Position numbers and translations under genes: made by a program | Origin: Candidatus Woesearchaeota archaeon | GTDB lineage: Archaea; Nanobdellota; Nanobdellia; Woesearchaeales; 21-14-0-10-32-9 | DNA length: 64,000 bases | Assembly (NCBI GenBank): GCA_047602735.1 | Contig: JBLKOK010000004.1 | Location: 13,480 to 77,479 of the forward strand | Direction of reading: 5' to 3' | Part shown: in pieces, positions 45,040 through 53,337 of the stretch | Layout of the letters: each line of letters begins with the position of its first letter | How positions within the stretch are numbered: position 1 is the stretch's first letter | Notes under the pieces: model-generated | Told to the model about the DNA's origin: nothing | Seen by the model: only the letters and a program-made list of their open reading frames with translations | The model's database searches: none

Positions 45040-45130
45040 ATTATTTTGAAATATCAATAAATTTATAAATTAATTTATTTATAAATGGTGTATATCAACT
45101 AAAAAAAATTGATATGGGGGAAAAATAAAA

Positions 45131-45304
45131 ATGTTAAATACGATATTGTGGATATTAGGAATAGTTTGTATGGTGTGGGTTATTTATGACGTACTTGCAA
45201 ACAACAAAAAACTTTCTACAACCGCAAAAGTCTTATGGATTATTGCAGCAGTACTATTTAGTGTTATAACTGCAATTGTATATTACTTTGTTGCTAAGAA
45301 ATAA
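45131..45304 (+). CDS. small two-TM membrane protein (PLD N-terminal-domain-like)
   Basis: 57-aa ORF below the track cutoff: MLNTILWILGIVCMVWVIYDVLANNKKLSTTAKVLWIIAAVLFSVITAIVYYFVAKK. The pattern W..i.Dvl......K..W...v......Y resembles PF13396. Confidence 0.5.
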   Translation: MLNTILWILGIVCMVWVIYDVLANNKKLSTTAKVLWIIAAVLFSVITAIVYYFVAKK

Positions 45305-45359
45305 ACAAAATTGATTTTTTTCTTTTTTTTTAAAAATTATAAAAAAAATTTAGAAAGAA

Positions 45360-45809
45360 TTATTCTTCTTTCTTTTCTTCAGTTGGTTGTTCTGCAGCAG
45401 TATCTTCAGCTTTTGTTTCTTCTGAAGCTTCCTCTTTTGGTTCTTCAAACAAAGGTGTTTTTCCGTGCTTTACAACTTTCATATTAATCTGAACTGTGCC
45501 GTCATAAATAGTGTTTCCTGCAACAGTAATTCTTCTTCTATTACCGTCTCTATTTTTTCTAATACCTACGCCTGAAACAATTAAAACTTTTTTTCTTTGA
45601 CTTCCCAGTACGTCTCGTCTCATAGGAAATCCTGCGTTATCGCTTCCGCCTGTAATTTCGAATTCGTATCCTGGTAATTCTAGGATTTCTCCTTTGATTT
45701 TGTCGCCTATTCTTTTACCAATTAAAGGTTTTGTTTCTGCATCTTTCAAATCTTTTTTTAAGATTTTCTTTGTCTTTGGATCTCCAATATTTAATTTAAA
45801 TTCTGCCAT
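45360..45809 (-). CDS. rps6e: 30S ribosomal protein S6e (eS6) with acidic C-terminal tail
   Basis: 149 aa. MAEFKLNIGDPKTKK..., GGSDNAGFPMRRDVLGSQRKKVL and GNRRRITVAGNT are eS6 hallmarks. Confidence 0.85.
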   Translation of the reverse strand: MAEFKLNIGDPKTKKILKKDLKDAETKPLIGKRIGDKIKGEILELPGYEFEITGGSDNAGFPMRRDVLGSQRKKVLIVSGVGIRKNRDGNRRRITVAGNTIYDGTVQINMKVVKHGKTPLFEEPKEEASEETKAEDTAAEQPTEEKKEE

Positions 45810-45930
45810 TTTATTTTTTACCTCCCGAGTAACCCCTTTATTAATTAAAGGCTCAGTGAATTAGAAGAATTGTGTTTAGTTTATAAATATTATCGATACA
45901 ATTATATAATTAAATCACTATAAAATCATT

Positions 45931-47220
45931 ATGGAACTATTTAAAGAATATGATATACGTGGAATTTATGGCGAAGAACTCACTCCTGACTTTGCTTATA
46001 AACTTGGAAGAAGCATCGTGATATTCTTAAAATGTTCAGATCTGATAATTGCTAGAGATGGAAGGCTGTCAAGTGATATTATCCATCAACATTTTTGTAA
46101 AGGCGTAATGGATCAAGGATGTAATGTAAATGATATAGGTATTTTAAGTACACCTAATTTTTATTTTAATATTATGAGATTTCAAAAGCCAGGAGTTATA
46201 ATAACTGCAAGTCATAATTCAAAAGAATATAATGGATTTAAAATTATGGATCAAAATCTAAATGCGGTTCATCTTGGAAATGGTCTAAAAGATATAAAAA
46301 AATTAGTTGAAAATAAAAACTTCCAAGAACCATATAAAAAAGGAAATTTTGTTCATCTTAGCGCAAACAAATATTATATTGAATACTTAGAAAAATTCTT
46401 TGTAGATAAAGATGTATCTTTTGTTTTAGATATGAGTAATGGGTCAGGAAAAGTAGAAGCGGATTTCTTAGATGGAAGATACAACAATTGCATAGTTATA
46501 AATGGGGATATAGATGGAAATTTCCCTGCTCACAGTCCTGATCCTACAAATATTGAAAGTCAAGTCCAATTAAAAAAGAAAATACTAGAAAACAATGCAG
46601 ATTTTGGAGTAATATTTGATGGGGACGCTGATAGAGCTATGTTTTTTGATGAAAAAGCTAATATGATAAGACCTGAAATTGTTGTTAGTTTATTTAATCT
46701 AAAAGAAAAAGTAATCTATGATGTAAGAAGCTCTCAAAGTCTAAGCAGGGTTTGTTCAGAGCAAGATGTTGACACATTCATGGTAAAAGCTGGAAGAACA
46801 AATATGGTGAGTGATATGAAAAAACATGATGCGTTCATAGGTGTAGAAGGTTCGGGTCATTATTTTTTTAAAGAGTTTGGATATGTAGACTCAGCTATAT
46901 TAGCTGTTTTAAAACTAATTGAAAACCTAAAAACTCCATTATCTGAATACGTACAAAAAAACACTCGTTATAACCATAGTGGAGAAATAAATTTCCAAGT
47001 AAAAAATCGCTTAAAATCAATAGAAAAAATAAGACAAGAATTCAATGATGCTCAAACATTAAATCTTGATGGTTATTCTTTTTATCTAACAGATTCTTGG
47101 TTCAACATACGGTTATCTAACACAGAACCTCTTATAAGGTTAAATGCTGAGTCAAAAACAAAAGAATCACTAACAGTCTTGATTAATAAAATAAAGGCTA
47201 TATTAAAAGATGAAAATTAA
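45931..47220 (+). CDS. phosphoglucomutase/phosphomannomutase (alpha-D-phosphohexomutase)
   Basis: 429 aa with the active-site loop TASHNSKEYNGFK, the metal loop FDGDADR and the sugar loop GVEGSGH. Confidence 0.85.
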   Translation: MELFKEYDIRGIYGEELTPDFAYKLGRSIVIFLKCSDLIIARDGRLSSDIIHQHFCKGVMDQGCNVNDIGILSTPNFYFNIMRFQKPGVIITASHNSKEYNGFKIMDQNLNAVHLGNGLKDIKKLVENKNFQEPYKKGNFVHLSANKYYIEYLEKFFVDKDVSFVLDMSNGSGKVEADFLDGRYNNCIVINGDIDGNFPAHSPDPTNIESQVQLKKKILENNADFGVIFDGDADRAMFFDEKANMIRPEIVVSLFNLKEKVIYDVRSSQSLSRVCSEQDVDTFMVKAGRTNMVSDMKKHDAFIGVEGSGHYFFKEFGYVDSAILAVLKLIENLKTPLSEYVQKNTRYNHSGEINFQVKNRLKSIEKIRQEFNDAQTLNLDGYSFYLTDSWFNIRLSNTEPLIRLNAESKTKESLTVLINKIKAILKDEN

Positions 47221-47674
47221 AGTTCTTTTTGTTTGTATGGGAAATATTTGTAGAAGTCCTGCAGCTGAAGCTGTATTCAAAAAAATAACAAAAAACGATA
47301 AAAAATTCTTGGTAGACAGTGCAGGAGTAATTGGCTTTCATGCAGGTAGCAATGCAGATAATAGAATGATAAAAACTGCTAAAAAAAGAGATATAATTAT
47401 AACGAGTATTTCTAGGAAGTTAACAAAACAAGACTTGGAAGAATTCGATTACATAGTGGTTATGGATGATCAAAATTATGAAGATGTTTTAAACCTTTCA
47501 ACTAATGAAAATGAGTATAAAATACTAAAAATGGCTAATTTTTTATCGGCCAAACACAAAAATCACACCAAAATACCTGATCCTTATTATGGGGGTATTG
47601 ATGGATTTGAATTAGTTTTAGACTTACTTGAAGATTCTTGTAACAATTTATACGAACATATTTCAAACAGTTAA
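47210..47674 (+). CDS. low-molecular-weight protein-tyrosine phosphatase
   Basis: 154 aa with the P-loop VLFVCMGNICRSPAAE and a C-terminal DPYYG. Confidence 0.85.
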   Translation: MKIKVLFVCMGNICRSPAAEAVFKKITKNDKKFLVDSAGVIGFHAGSNADNRMIKTAKKRDIIITSISRKLTKQDLEEFDYIVVMDDQNYEDVLNLSTNENEYKILKMANFLSAKHKNHTKIPDPYYGGIDGFELVLDLLEDSCNNLYEHISNS

Positions 47675-47747
47675 CTTTAAATATGATTTTATATTTCTTT
47701 CATTTAGAGAGAGAAAGAAAGCGAGGTTTATTCTTAAAACAAAAAAA

Positions 47748-48092
47748 ATGCCTAAGAAAATTAAAGGTTTAGCACCAAGTTTAAGGGAAAAAAAGAGATA
47801 TTTAAGATTTGAAATTTTAACACTTGATAATCAAAAGCTTTTCTTAACAAAACCCATGAATGAAGTTATAAAAAAATTAAGAGAAATACTAGGAGTTTTT
47901 GATTCTGCTGATGCAGGAATAGTTCCTATAAAGTATGAAGCTAAGTTAAACCAAGCAATAATTAGGGTTTCAACAAGAAGCTTAGACAAAATAAAAGCAG
48001 CTTTCTTATTCATAACAACTCTTGGCACTCAAGAAGTGATCATAAAATCACTTAAAGTGTCAGGTAACATAAACAAAGTGATGGAGGAATAA
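47748..48092 (+). CDS. rnp2: RNase P protein component 2 (Pop5/Rpp14 homolog)
   Basis: MPKKIKGLAPSLREKKRYLRFEI matches the archaeal Pop5 N-terminus. The track ORF 47628-48092 carries an implausible leader overlapping the PTP gene. Position just before psmA is conserved in archaea. Confidence 0.75.
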   Translation: MPKKIKGLAPSLREKKRYLRFEILTLDNQKLFLTKPMNEVIKKLREILGVFDSADAGIVPIKYEAKLNQAIIRVSTRSLDKIKAAFLFITTLGTQEVIIKSLKVSGNINKVMEE

Positions 48093-48097
48093 AATAT

Positions 48098-48814
48098 ATG
48101 GAACCAATACAACACCAAATGATGGGATATGATAGAGCCATAACAATGTTTAGTCCGGATGGAAGACTTTTGCAAGTTGAATACGCAAAAAGAACTGTAA
48201 GACTAGGAAACACAGCAATAGGTATGGTTTGTAGTGACGGAGTTATCTTAGTTACTGATAAAAGATTAATTGACAAATTAGTAATCCCTGATACAATAGA
48301 AAAAATATTCAAAATAGATGATCACGTAATGGCTACGGCTGCAGGAATACTAAGTGATGCACGTGTACTTGTTGAAAGAGCACAACTAAAAGCTCAACAA
48401 CACAACGTAGAATATGACTCGCCAATTGATAATTTGGCTATCGTAAAAGATCTTTGTAACTTAAAACAATTAACAACACAAAGCGGAGGGTACAGACCTT
48501 TTGGTGTTAGCTTGTTAATAGCAGGATATGACAACGGAAAGCCGTCATTGTTTGAAACTGATCCTACAGGACTTTATTATCAATATAAAGCAACAATTAT
48601 AGGTGAAGGAGAAGCAGAGGGTGAAGAATTGTTACACAAAGAATATCGTGAAGATATGACTGTTGAACAAGGTCTTGCATTAGCTGTAAAAATACTAAAA
48701 AAGACACTTAATAACAATTTCACGGCTGACAGATTAGACGCTGCAGTTATACCTATTAAAACAGGTGTAATGGAAAAAGTAAGTAAGGAGAAATTAGATA
48801 AATTAGTAAAATGA
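48098..48814 (+). CDS. psmA: proteasome subunit alpha
   Basis: 238 aa. YDRAITMFSPDGRLLQVEYA is the alpha-subunit signature. Confidence 0.95.
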   Translation: MEPIQHQMMGYDRAITMFSPDGRLLQVEYAKRTVRLGNTAIGMVCSDGVILVTDKRLIDKLVIPDTIEKIFKIDDHVMATAAGILSDARVLVERAQLKAQQHNVEYDSPIDNLAIVKDLCNLKQLTTQSGGYRPFGVSLLIAGYDNGKPSLFETDPTGLYYQYKATIIGEGEAEGEELLHKEYREDMTVEQGLALAVKILKKTLNNNFTADRLDAAVIPIKTGVMEKVSKEKLDKLVK

Positions 48815-49530
48815 GAAGACAAACATATGATCAGGAAAAAGTAAGTTTTAACTTAATCAAATACTCTAAGTTTGGTATAGATTTTGAGTTAGTTGTAGAT
48901 CCTGATTTAGCTGTTAGTGAAAAAAACAAATCTGAAAATTCAAAAGAAGATATAATGGAACTTTTAAAAGCACACAACGTTTTTAGTGATGCAAAGAAAG
49001 GAGTTATTGCTTCTGAAGAAGATGTTCAAAAAGTTTTTTCAACAACAGACATATACAAAATTGCTGTACGTATGTTAAAAGAAGGAGAAATCCAGTTAAC
49101 ATCAGAGTACAGAGAAAAACTCAGAGCTGAAAAGAGAAGAAAAATAATAAATATAATACATCGTACAACGATTAACCCTCAAACAAATCTTCCTCATCCA
49201 GCAACAAGAATTGAAAATGCTTTAAATGAGGCAAAAGTAAAAATTTCTGAGTTTTCAAGAGCAGAAGATCAAGTAAAAGATATAATTCAGAGCTTAAAGC
49301 CAATTATACCAATTAAAAAAGATGATACAAGTCTTTACATAAAACTTCCTCTAAATTATGCTTCTAACTTAAGAAATGTATTAATTAAGTATGGAGAAAT
49401 AAAAGATGAAAATTGGACGGCTCAAAGCTTTACATGCGAACTTGTAGTTCCTAGTGGAATAAAACAAGACGTAATAGATGAATTAAATAGTAAAACCAGA
49501 GGGGAAGTACAAATAAATTTAGAAAGGTGA
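48811..49530 (+). CDS. sdo1: ribosome maturation protein Sdo1 (SBDS family)
   Basis: 239 aa. FELVVDPDLA..., VFSDAKKGVIASEEDVQKVF. Conserved position between psmA and rrp4. Confidence 0.85.
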   Translation: MRRQTYDQEKVSFNLIKYSKFGIDFELVVDPDLAVSEKNKSENSKEDIMELLKAHNVFSDAKKGVIASEEDVQKVFSTTDIYKIAVRMLKEGEIQLTSEYREKLRAEKRRKIINIIHRTTINPQTNLPHPATRIENALNEAKVKISEFSRAEDQVKDIIQSLKPIIPIKKDDTSLYIKLPLNYASNLRNVLIKYGEIKDENWTAQSFTCELVVPSGIKQDVIDELNSKTRGEVQINLER

Positions 49531-49535
49531 AAATA

Positions 49536-50222
49536 ATGGGAGAATTATTAGTTAAAGAAAAACAAGTTGTCGTCCCAGGTCAAGTACTTGCAAAGGGCAT
49601 GGATTATCTGCCTAGTCAAGGAACATACAGACTTGGAGAAGACGTAATAGTAAATAGATTAGGAGTATTATCAGTTGAAGGAAAAGTTCTAAAAACAACT
49701 CCTTTAGCAGGAAGATACATACCTAAAAAAGATGATGTAATCATTGGAAAAATAATAGACATTTTAATGAGTGGATGGAGACTGGACTTAAACAGTCCAT
49801 ATAGTGCTATGTTACCATTAAAAGATGCAAGTTTTGATTATATTGCAAAAGGTGCAGACCTTTCAAAATACTTTGCATTAGAAGACTTTGTTGTTGTAAA
49901 AGTTACAAGTGTAACCTCGCAAAACCTAGTTGATGTAAGTGCAAAAGGACCAGGACTTAGAAGATTAAAAGGTGGCAGAATAATAAAAATAAACTGCAAA
50001 AAAGTACCTAGGGTTATTGGAAGAAATGGAAGTATGGTTTCAATGATAAAAGATGCAACAAACTGTAAGATAATAGTTGGTCAAAATGGAATAATTTGGC
50101 TAGAAGGACAACCAGAAATGGAAGTTATAGCAGTAAAAGCTATTAAGATGATTGAAGAAAACGCACACATTTCAGGTCTTACAGAAAAAATATCAAAATT
50201 CTTAGAAGGTGAAAAGAAATGA
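49536..50222 (+). CDS. rrp4: exosome complex RNA-binding subunit Rrp4 (S1 + KH)
   Basis: An S1-like region (GDVIIGKIIDILMSGWRLDLNSP) and a KH region (VPRVIGRNGSMVSMIKDATNCKIIVGQNGIIW). The track ORF starts at GTG 49527. Confidence 0.85.
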   Translation: MGELLVKEKQVVVPGQVLAKGMDYLPSQGTYRLGEDVIVNRLGVLSVEGKVLKTTPLAGRYIPKKDDVIIGKIIDILMSGWRLDLNSPYSAMLPLKDASFDYIAKGADLSKYFALEDFVVVKVTSVTSQNLVDVSAKGPGLRRLKGGRIIKINCKKVPRVIGRNGSMVSMIKDATNCKIIVGQNGIIWLEGQPEMEVIAVKAIKMIEENAHISGLTEKISKFLEGEKK

Positions 50223-50917
50223 GTTTTAAAAGACCAAGTGGAAGAAAAATTAATGAACCTCGTAAAATAGAGGCAGAAGTTGGCGTTATCAAAAAAGCAG
50301 ATGGAAGCGCAAGATTCAAAATTGGAGATACAGAAGCATATGCAGCTGTATATGGACCAAGAGAGCTACATCCAAGATTTTTACAAGATCCTAAAACAGG
50401 GATTTTAAGATGTAATTATAGTATGATGCCGTTTTCTGGTGACGGTTCAAGGGTTAGACCTGGACCTAGTAGAAGAAGCAAAGAAATAAGCTTAGTTACA
50501 GAAAAAGCTTTGATACCTGTTTTAGATTTAACAGACTATCCAAACACAGTAGTTGATGTATTCATTGAGTTACCACAAACTGATGCGGGAAGCAGATGTG
50601 CAGGTATTTGTGCTGCTTCAATGGCTTTAGCAGATGCAGGACTTATAATGAAAGACATGGTTGCTTCTGTAAGTGTTGGAATGGTAAGAGAACAACTATT
50701 AGTAGATTTAGATGGAGAAGAAGAACACATGGATGAAAACGAAGCTGCAGATATTCCTGTTGCTATGATTCCAAACACGGGTGAAATAACTCTTCTTCAA
50801 ATGGATGGAATAGTTTCAAAACAAAATTTAAAGAAAGCTATGGAGCTTGTAAAGCCAGCATTATTAGAAATTGCTGAAAAACAAAGACAAGCAATACTTT
50901 CAAGGTATAACGGGTGA
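50219..50917 (+). CDS. rrp41: exosome complex exonuclease Rrp41 (RNase PH fold)
   Basis: 232 aa with DGRKINEPRKIEAEVGVIKKADGSARFKIGDT, GPSRRSKEIS and QTDAGSRCAG motifs. Confidence 0.9.
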   Translation: MSFKRPSGRKINEPRKIEAEVGVIKKADGSARFKIGDTEAYAAVYGPRELHPRFLQDPKTGILRCNYSMMPFSGDGSRVRPGPSRRSKEISLVTEKALIPVLDLTDYPNTVVDVFIELPQTDAGSRCAGICAASMALADAGLIMKDMVASVSVGMVREQLLVDLDGEEEHMDENEAADIPVAMIPNTGEITLLQMDGIVSKQNLKKAMELVKPALLEIAEKQRQAILSRYNG

Positions 50918-50922
50918 TTATA

Positions 50923-51708
50923 ATGAATCAAGATATGAAAGAACACATTAAATCTGCTCTAAGAAAAGGAGTAAGACTTGATGGAAGAAAATTAGATGAA
51001 CTAAGACCTATAACAATTGAAACAGGTATGATAAGCACAGCAGAAGGAAGTGCAAGAGTTAAATTTGGAGATGCAGAAGTTTTAGGAGGTCTTAAAATGG
51101 CTGTTGAAAAACCTTATCCTGACACTCCAGATAGTGGAACCTTAATGGTTAACGCTGAACTTTTACCTATGAGTAATCCTGATTTTGAATCAGGACCTCC
51201 AAGTATAGACAGCATTGAAACATCTAGAGTAATTGATAGAGGAATTAGAGAAAGTAAGGCTATGGATACAAAGTCTTTATGTATTGAAAAAGGAGAAAAA
51301 GTTTGGAGTATGGCTGTTGATGTTGTTCCAATAAATTATGGTGGAAACCTAATTGATATGGGTGGACTTGCAGCTATTGCAGCAATTAAAGCTGCGTTTT
51401 TTCCAACAATGGATAAAGATGGAAATGTAGATTACCATAAACCTTCAAAAGAAAAAGTAAAAATGGGAGCTTATCCTATACCGGTTACGGTTTGTAAGGT
51501 TGGCGAGTTTTTAATAGTAGATCCTACTGATGAAGAAGAGAAAGCTATTGATGCAAGACTAACTGTTACAAGTATTGGAAAAGATAAGATTTGCAGTCTT
51601 CAAAAAGGAGGTTCAAGTCCTTTAACCGCAGATGATTTTGAGAATATGATAGATCTTGCTTTAAAGAAGGCTGAAGAAATAAGAAAAGTATTGGATGGGG
51701 TGAAGTGA
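50923..51708 (+). CDS. rrp42: exosome complex subunit Rrp42 (RNase PH fold)
   Basis: GVRLDGRKLDELRPITIETGMISTAEGSARVKFGDAEV. Follows rrp41. The track ORF starts at GTG 50914. Confidence 0.9.
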   Translation: MNQDMKEHIKSALRKGVRLDGRKLDELRPITIETGMISTAEGSARVKFGDAEVLGGLKMAVEKPYPDTPDSGTLMVNAELLPMSNPDFESGPPSIDSIETSRVIDRGIRESKAMDTKSLCIEKGEKVWSMAVDVVPINYGGNLIDMGGLAAIAAIKAAFFPTMDKDGNVDYHKPSKEKVKMGAYPIPVTVCKVGEFLIVDPTDEEEKAIDARLTVTSIGKDKICSLQKGGSSPLTADDFENMIDLALKKAEEIRKVLDGVK

Positions 51709-51930
51709 ATGAACTTAGAAATACCTGAAGGACAGTATACAAAGTATGAAAAAGCTAGGATGATTGGAAGTAGAGCTCTCCAAATAAGTATGGGTGCTCC
51801 TCTTTTAATAGAGGTTGATGAAAAAAAGTTAAAGGAATTAAACTATAATCCTGTTGAAATTGCAAAGTTAGAATTTGAACAAGGAAAAATTCCTATGACT
51901 GTTAAAAGACCTCATCCTCATCAGAGATGA
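51709..51930 (+). CDS. rpoK: DNA-directed RNA polymerase subunit K (Rpo6)
   Basis: 73 aa. TKYEKARMIGSRALQISMGAPLLI is the Rpo6/omega-like core. Confidence 0.85.
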   Translation: MNLEIPEGQYTKYEKARMIGSRALQISMGAPLLIEVDEKKLKELNYNPVEIAKLEFEQGKIPMTVKRPHPHQR

Positions 51931-52586
51931 ATTATACTTTTTTTGTTACAGATGATAACAGTCCATCTCTAAGAAACTTAGAGGTGGATGAGCCTTATCA
52001 TTCTAAAGCGGGTGCGTATCTTGAAGCTAGGGAAAAATATGTTTTAGCTTTAAATATTAGTTCTAAAAAAAATCCTGTTATTTTTGATGTTTGTTTTGGT
52101 CTTGGGTATAACACTGCTGCTGCAGTTGATGAATTATTAAAAGAAAAATCGTCAGCCACGTTTATTTGTTTTGAAAACGATTTATTAATATTAAAAGAGT
52201 TAATAAAATTAGAATATGATTCTGTTGGATTTAAAATAATGCAACAAGCAGTCAAACAATTCTTAGACGGACAAAAAAATATTGTTATACAAAATTTTAA
52301 TTTCTTATTTAAGCTAGGCGATGCTAAAAAGTTAATAAAAAAATATGATTCATTTGCTGACTTCGTATTCTTTGATCCTTTCAGTCCTAAAAAAACTCCA
52401 GGTATGTGGCAAGAAAGCTTTTTACAAGATGTTTATGATGCTATGAAAAAAAATTCTGGTCTAGCAACTTATAGTTATGCGAGGATGGTTCGAGAAAACC
52501 TAAAAAGTGCGGGGTTTACGCTTTTAGACGGGCCTATAGTTGGAAGAAGAAGTCCAAGTACTATAGCTATTAAGAAAACTTTATAA
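51927..52586 (+). CDS. MnmC-like SAM-dependent methyltransferase (Methyltransf_30-like)
   Basis: 219 aa. VCFGLGYNTAAAV and FFDPFSPKKTPGMWQESFLQDVYDAMKKNSGLATYSYARMVRENLKSAGF parallel the MnmC methyltransferase domain. Confidence 0.6.
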   Translation: MNYTFFVTDDNSPSLRNLEVDEPYHSKAGAYLEAREKYVLALNISSKKNPVIFDVCFGLGYNTAAAVDELLKEKSSATFICFENDLLILKELIKLEYDSVGFKIMQQAVKQFLDGQKNIVIQNFNFLFKLGDAKKLIKKYDSFADFVFFDPFSPKKTPGMWQESFLQDVYDAMKKNSGLATYSYARMVRENLKSAGFTLLDGPIVGRRSPSTIAIKKTL

Positions 52587-52590
52587 ACTA
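52576..52590 (+). promoter_or_regulatory. BRE/TATA-like promoter element for tRNA-Pro (aaacTTTATAAActa)
   Basis: TTTATAAA at 52580-52587, 28 nt upstream of the tRNA 5' end. Overlaps the stop codon of the upstream CDS. Confidence 0.45.
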
Positions 52591-52614
52591 ACTTCCTTTT
52601 CTCGTCTCTATATT

Positions 52615-52719
52615 GGGGCTGTGGGGTAGCTTGGCTAACCTTTTAGGTTTGGGACCTGAAGCCCCCGGTTCAAAGAGATTCGACGGAGACGTAAATCGCT
52701 GAAAGTCCGGGCAGCCCCA
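52615..52719 (+). tRNA. tRNA-Pro (anticodon TGG) with a 31-nt intron in the T loop (position 59/60)
   Basis: Acceptor GGGGCTG/CAGCCCC. Anticodon arm TTAGG-TTTGGGA-CCTGA. T stem 52664-52668/52707-52711. Removing 52675-52705 restores the T loop TTCAAAT. A bulge-helix-bulge motif is visible (see findings). Confidence 0.8.
52675..52705 (+). other. non-canonical tRNA intron (T loop, 59/60)
   Basis: Central 4-bp helix TTCA (52669-72) / TGAA (52700-03), flanked by 3-nt bulges AAG (52673-75) and AGT (52704-06). Both predicted cuts fall after the second bulge nucleotide. Confidence 0.7.
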
Positions 52720-52742
52720 TATAATTATATTGGAGAAATAAA

Positions 52743-52955
52743 ATGACTACTAATAATACAACAAAAAGGTTTGGTGCAAGATATGGTAGAACTGTAAAAC
52801 ATAAACTTGCTAAAGTAGAAAGACAAATGAAGACTACTTATAAGTGTCCTTATTGTGCTTCTACTAGTGTTAAAAGAAAAATGGCAGGTATTTGGTCTTG
52901 TAACAAATGTAATAAGACTTTTACGAGCAAAGCTTACTACGTGGATAAGGTGTGA
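52743..52955 (+). CDS. rpl37ae: 50S ribosomal protein L37Ae (eL43)
   Basis: 70 aa. TKRFGARYGRTVKHKLAKVE, with an intact zinc ribbon (CPYC...CNKC). Confidence 0.9.
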   Translation: MTTNNTTKRFGARYGRTVKHKLAKVERQMKTTYKCPYCASTSVKRKMAGIWSCNKCNKTFTSKAYYVDKV

Positions 52956-52957
52956 AT

Positions 52958-53095
52958 ATGGCAGAATACAAATGTTTTAATTGCGATAAGAATCTGAGTG
53001 CAGATCAAATGAGAAAAAGAGTTAGATGCATATATTGTGGTTCAAAGATAGTTTTTAAACCAAGAACTAAGCCTACAATAGTTGATGCAGTTTAA
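52958..53095 (+). CDS. rpoP: DNA-directed RNA polymerase subunit P (Rpo12)
   Basis: 45-aa ORF below the track cutoff: MAEYKCFNCDKNLSADQMRKRVRCIYCGSKIVFKPRTKPTIVDAV. It has an intact CxxC...CxxC ribbon. Conserved position after rpl37ae. Confidence 0.8.
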   Translation: MAEYKCFNCDKNLSADQMRKRVRCIYCGSKIVFKPRTKPTIVDAV

Positions 53096-53337
53096 TGATG
53101 TTAAAATCTTTAATAACACTTCCTGATAATGGGGAGTTATACAAAATATTTTCAGTTGAAGACAAAGATTTTGGAAGTGATAGAGCAAGTTATGAAGTAT
53201 CTTTTAAAGACGACATATTAACTATAACTGTTTTAGCAAAAGATAGTGTTGCTTTAAGAAGCGTTTTGAATACTGTTACAAAAATTATAACTGTTTATGA
53301 AAAAACATCAAGTGTTTTGGAGAGTTTAGATGAATAA
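53095..53337 (+). CDS. pcc1: KEOPS complex subunit Pcc1-like
   Basis: 80 aa. ASYEVSFKDDILTITVLAKDSVALRSVLNTVTKIITV matches the Pcc1/CTAG pattern (...LRAslNsflr.l.v). Operon position fits. Confidence 0.6.
   Translation: MMLKSLITLPDNGELYKIFSVEDKDFGSDRASYEVSFKDDILTITVLAKDSVALRSVLNTVTKIITVYEKTSSVLESLDE

Noticed and set aside
47628-47747. N-terminal 40-codon extension of the Pop5 ORF in the track
   Set aside because: The extension overlaps the end of the PTP gene and translates to nonsense-like sequence. The conserved Pop5 N-terminus begins at ATG 47748.
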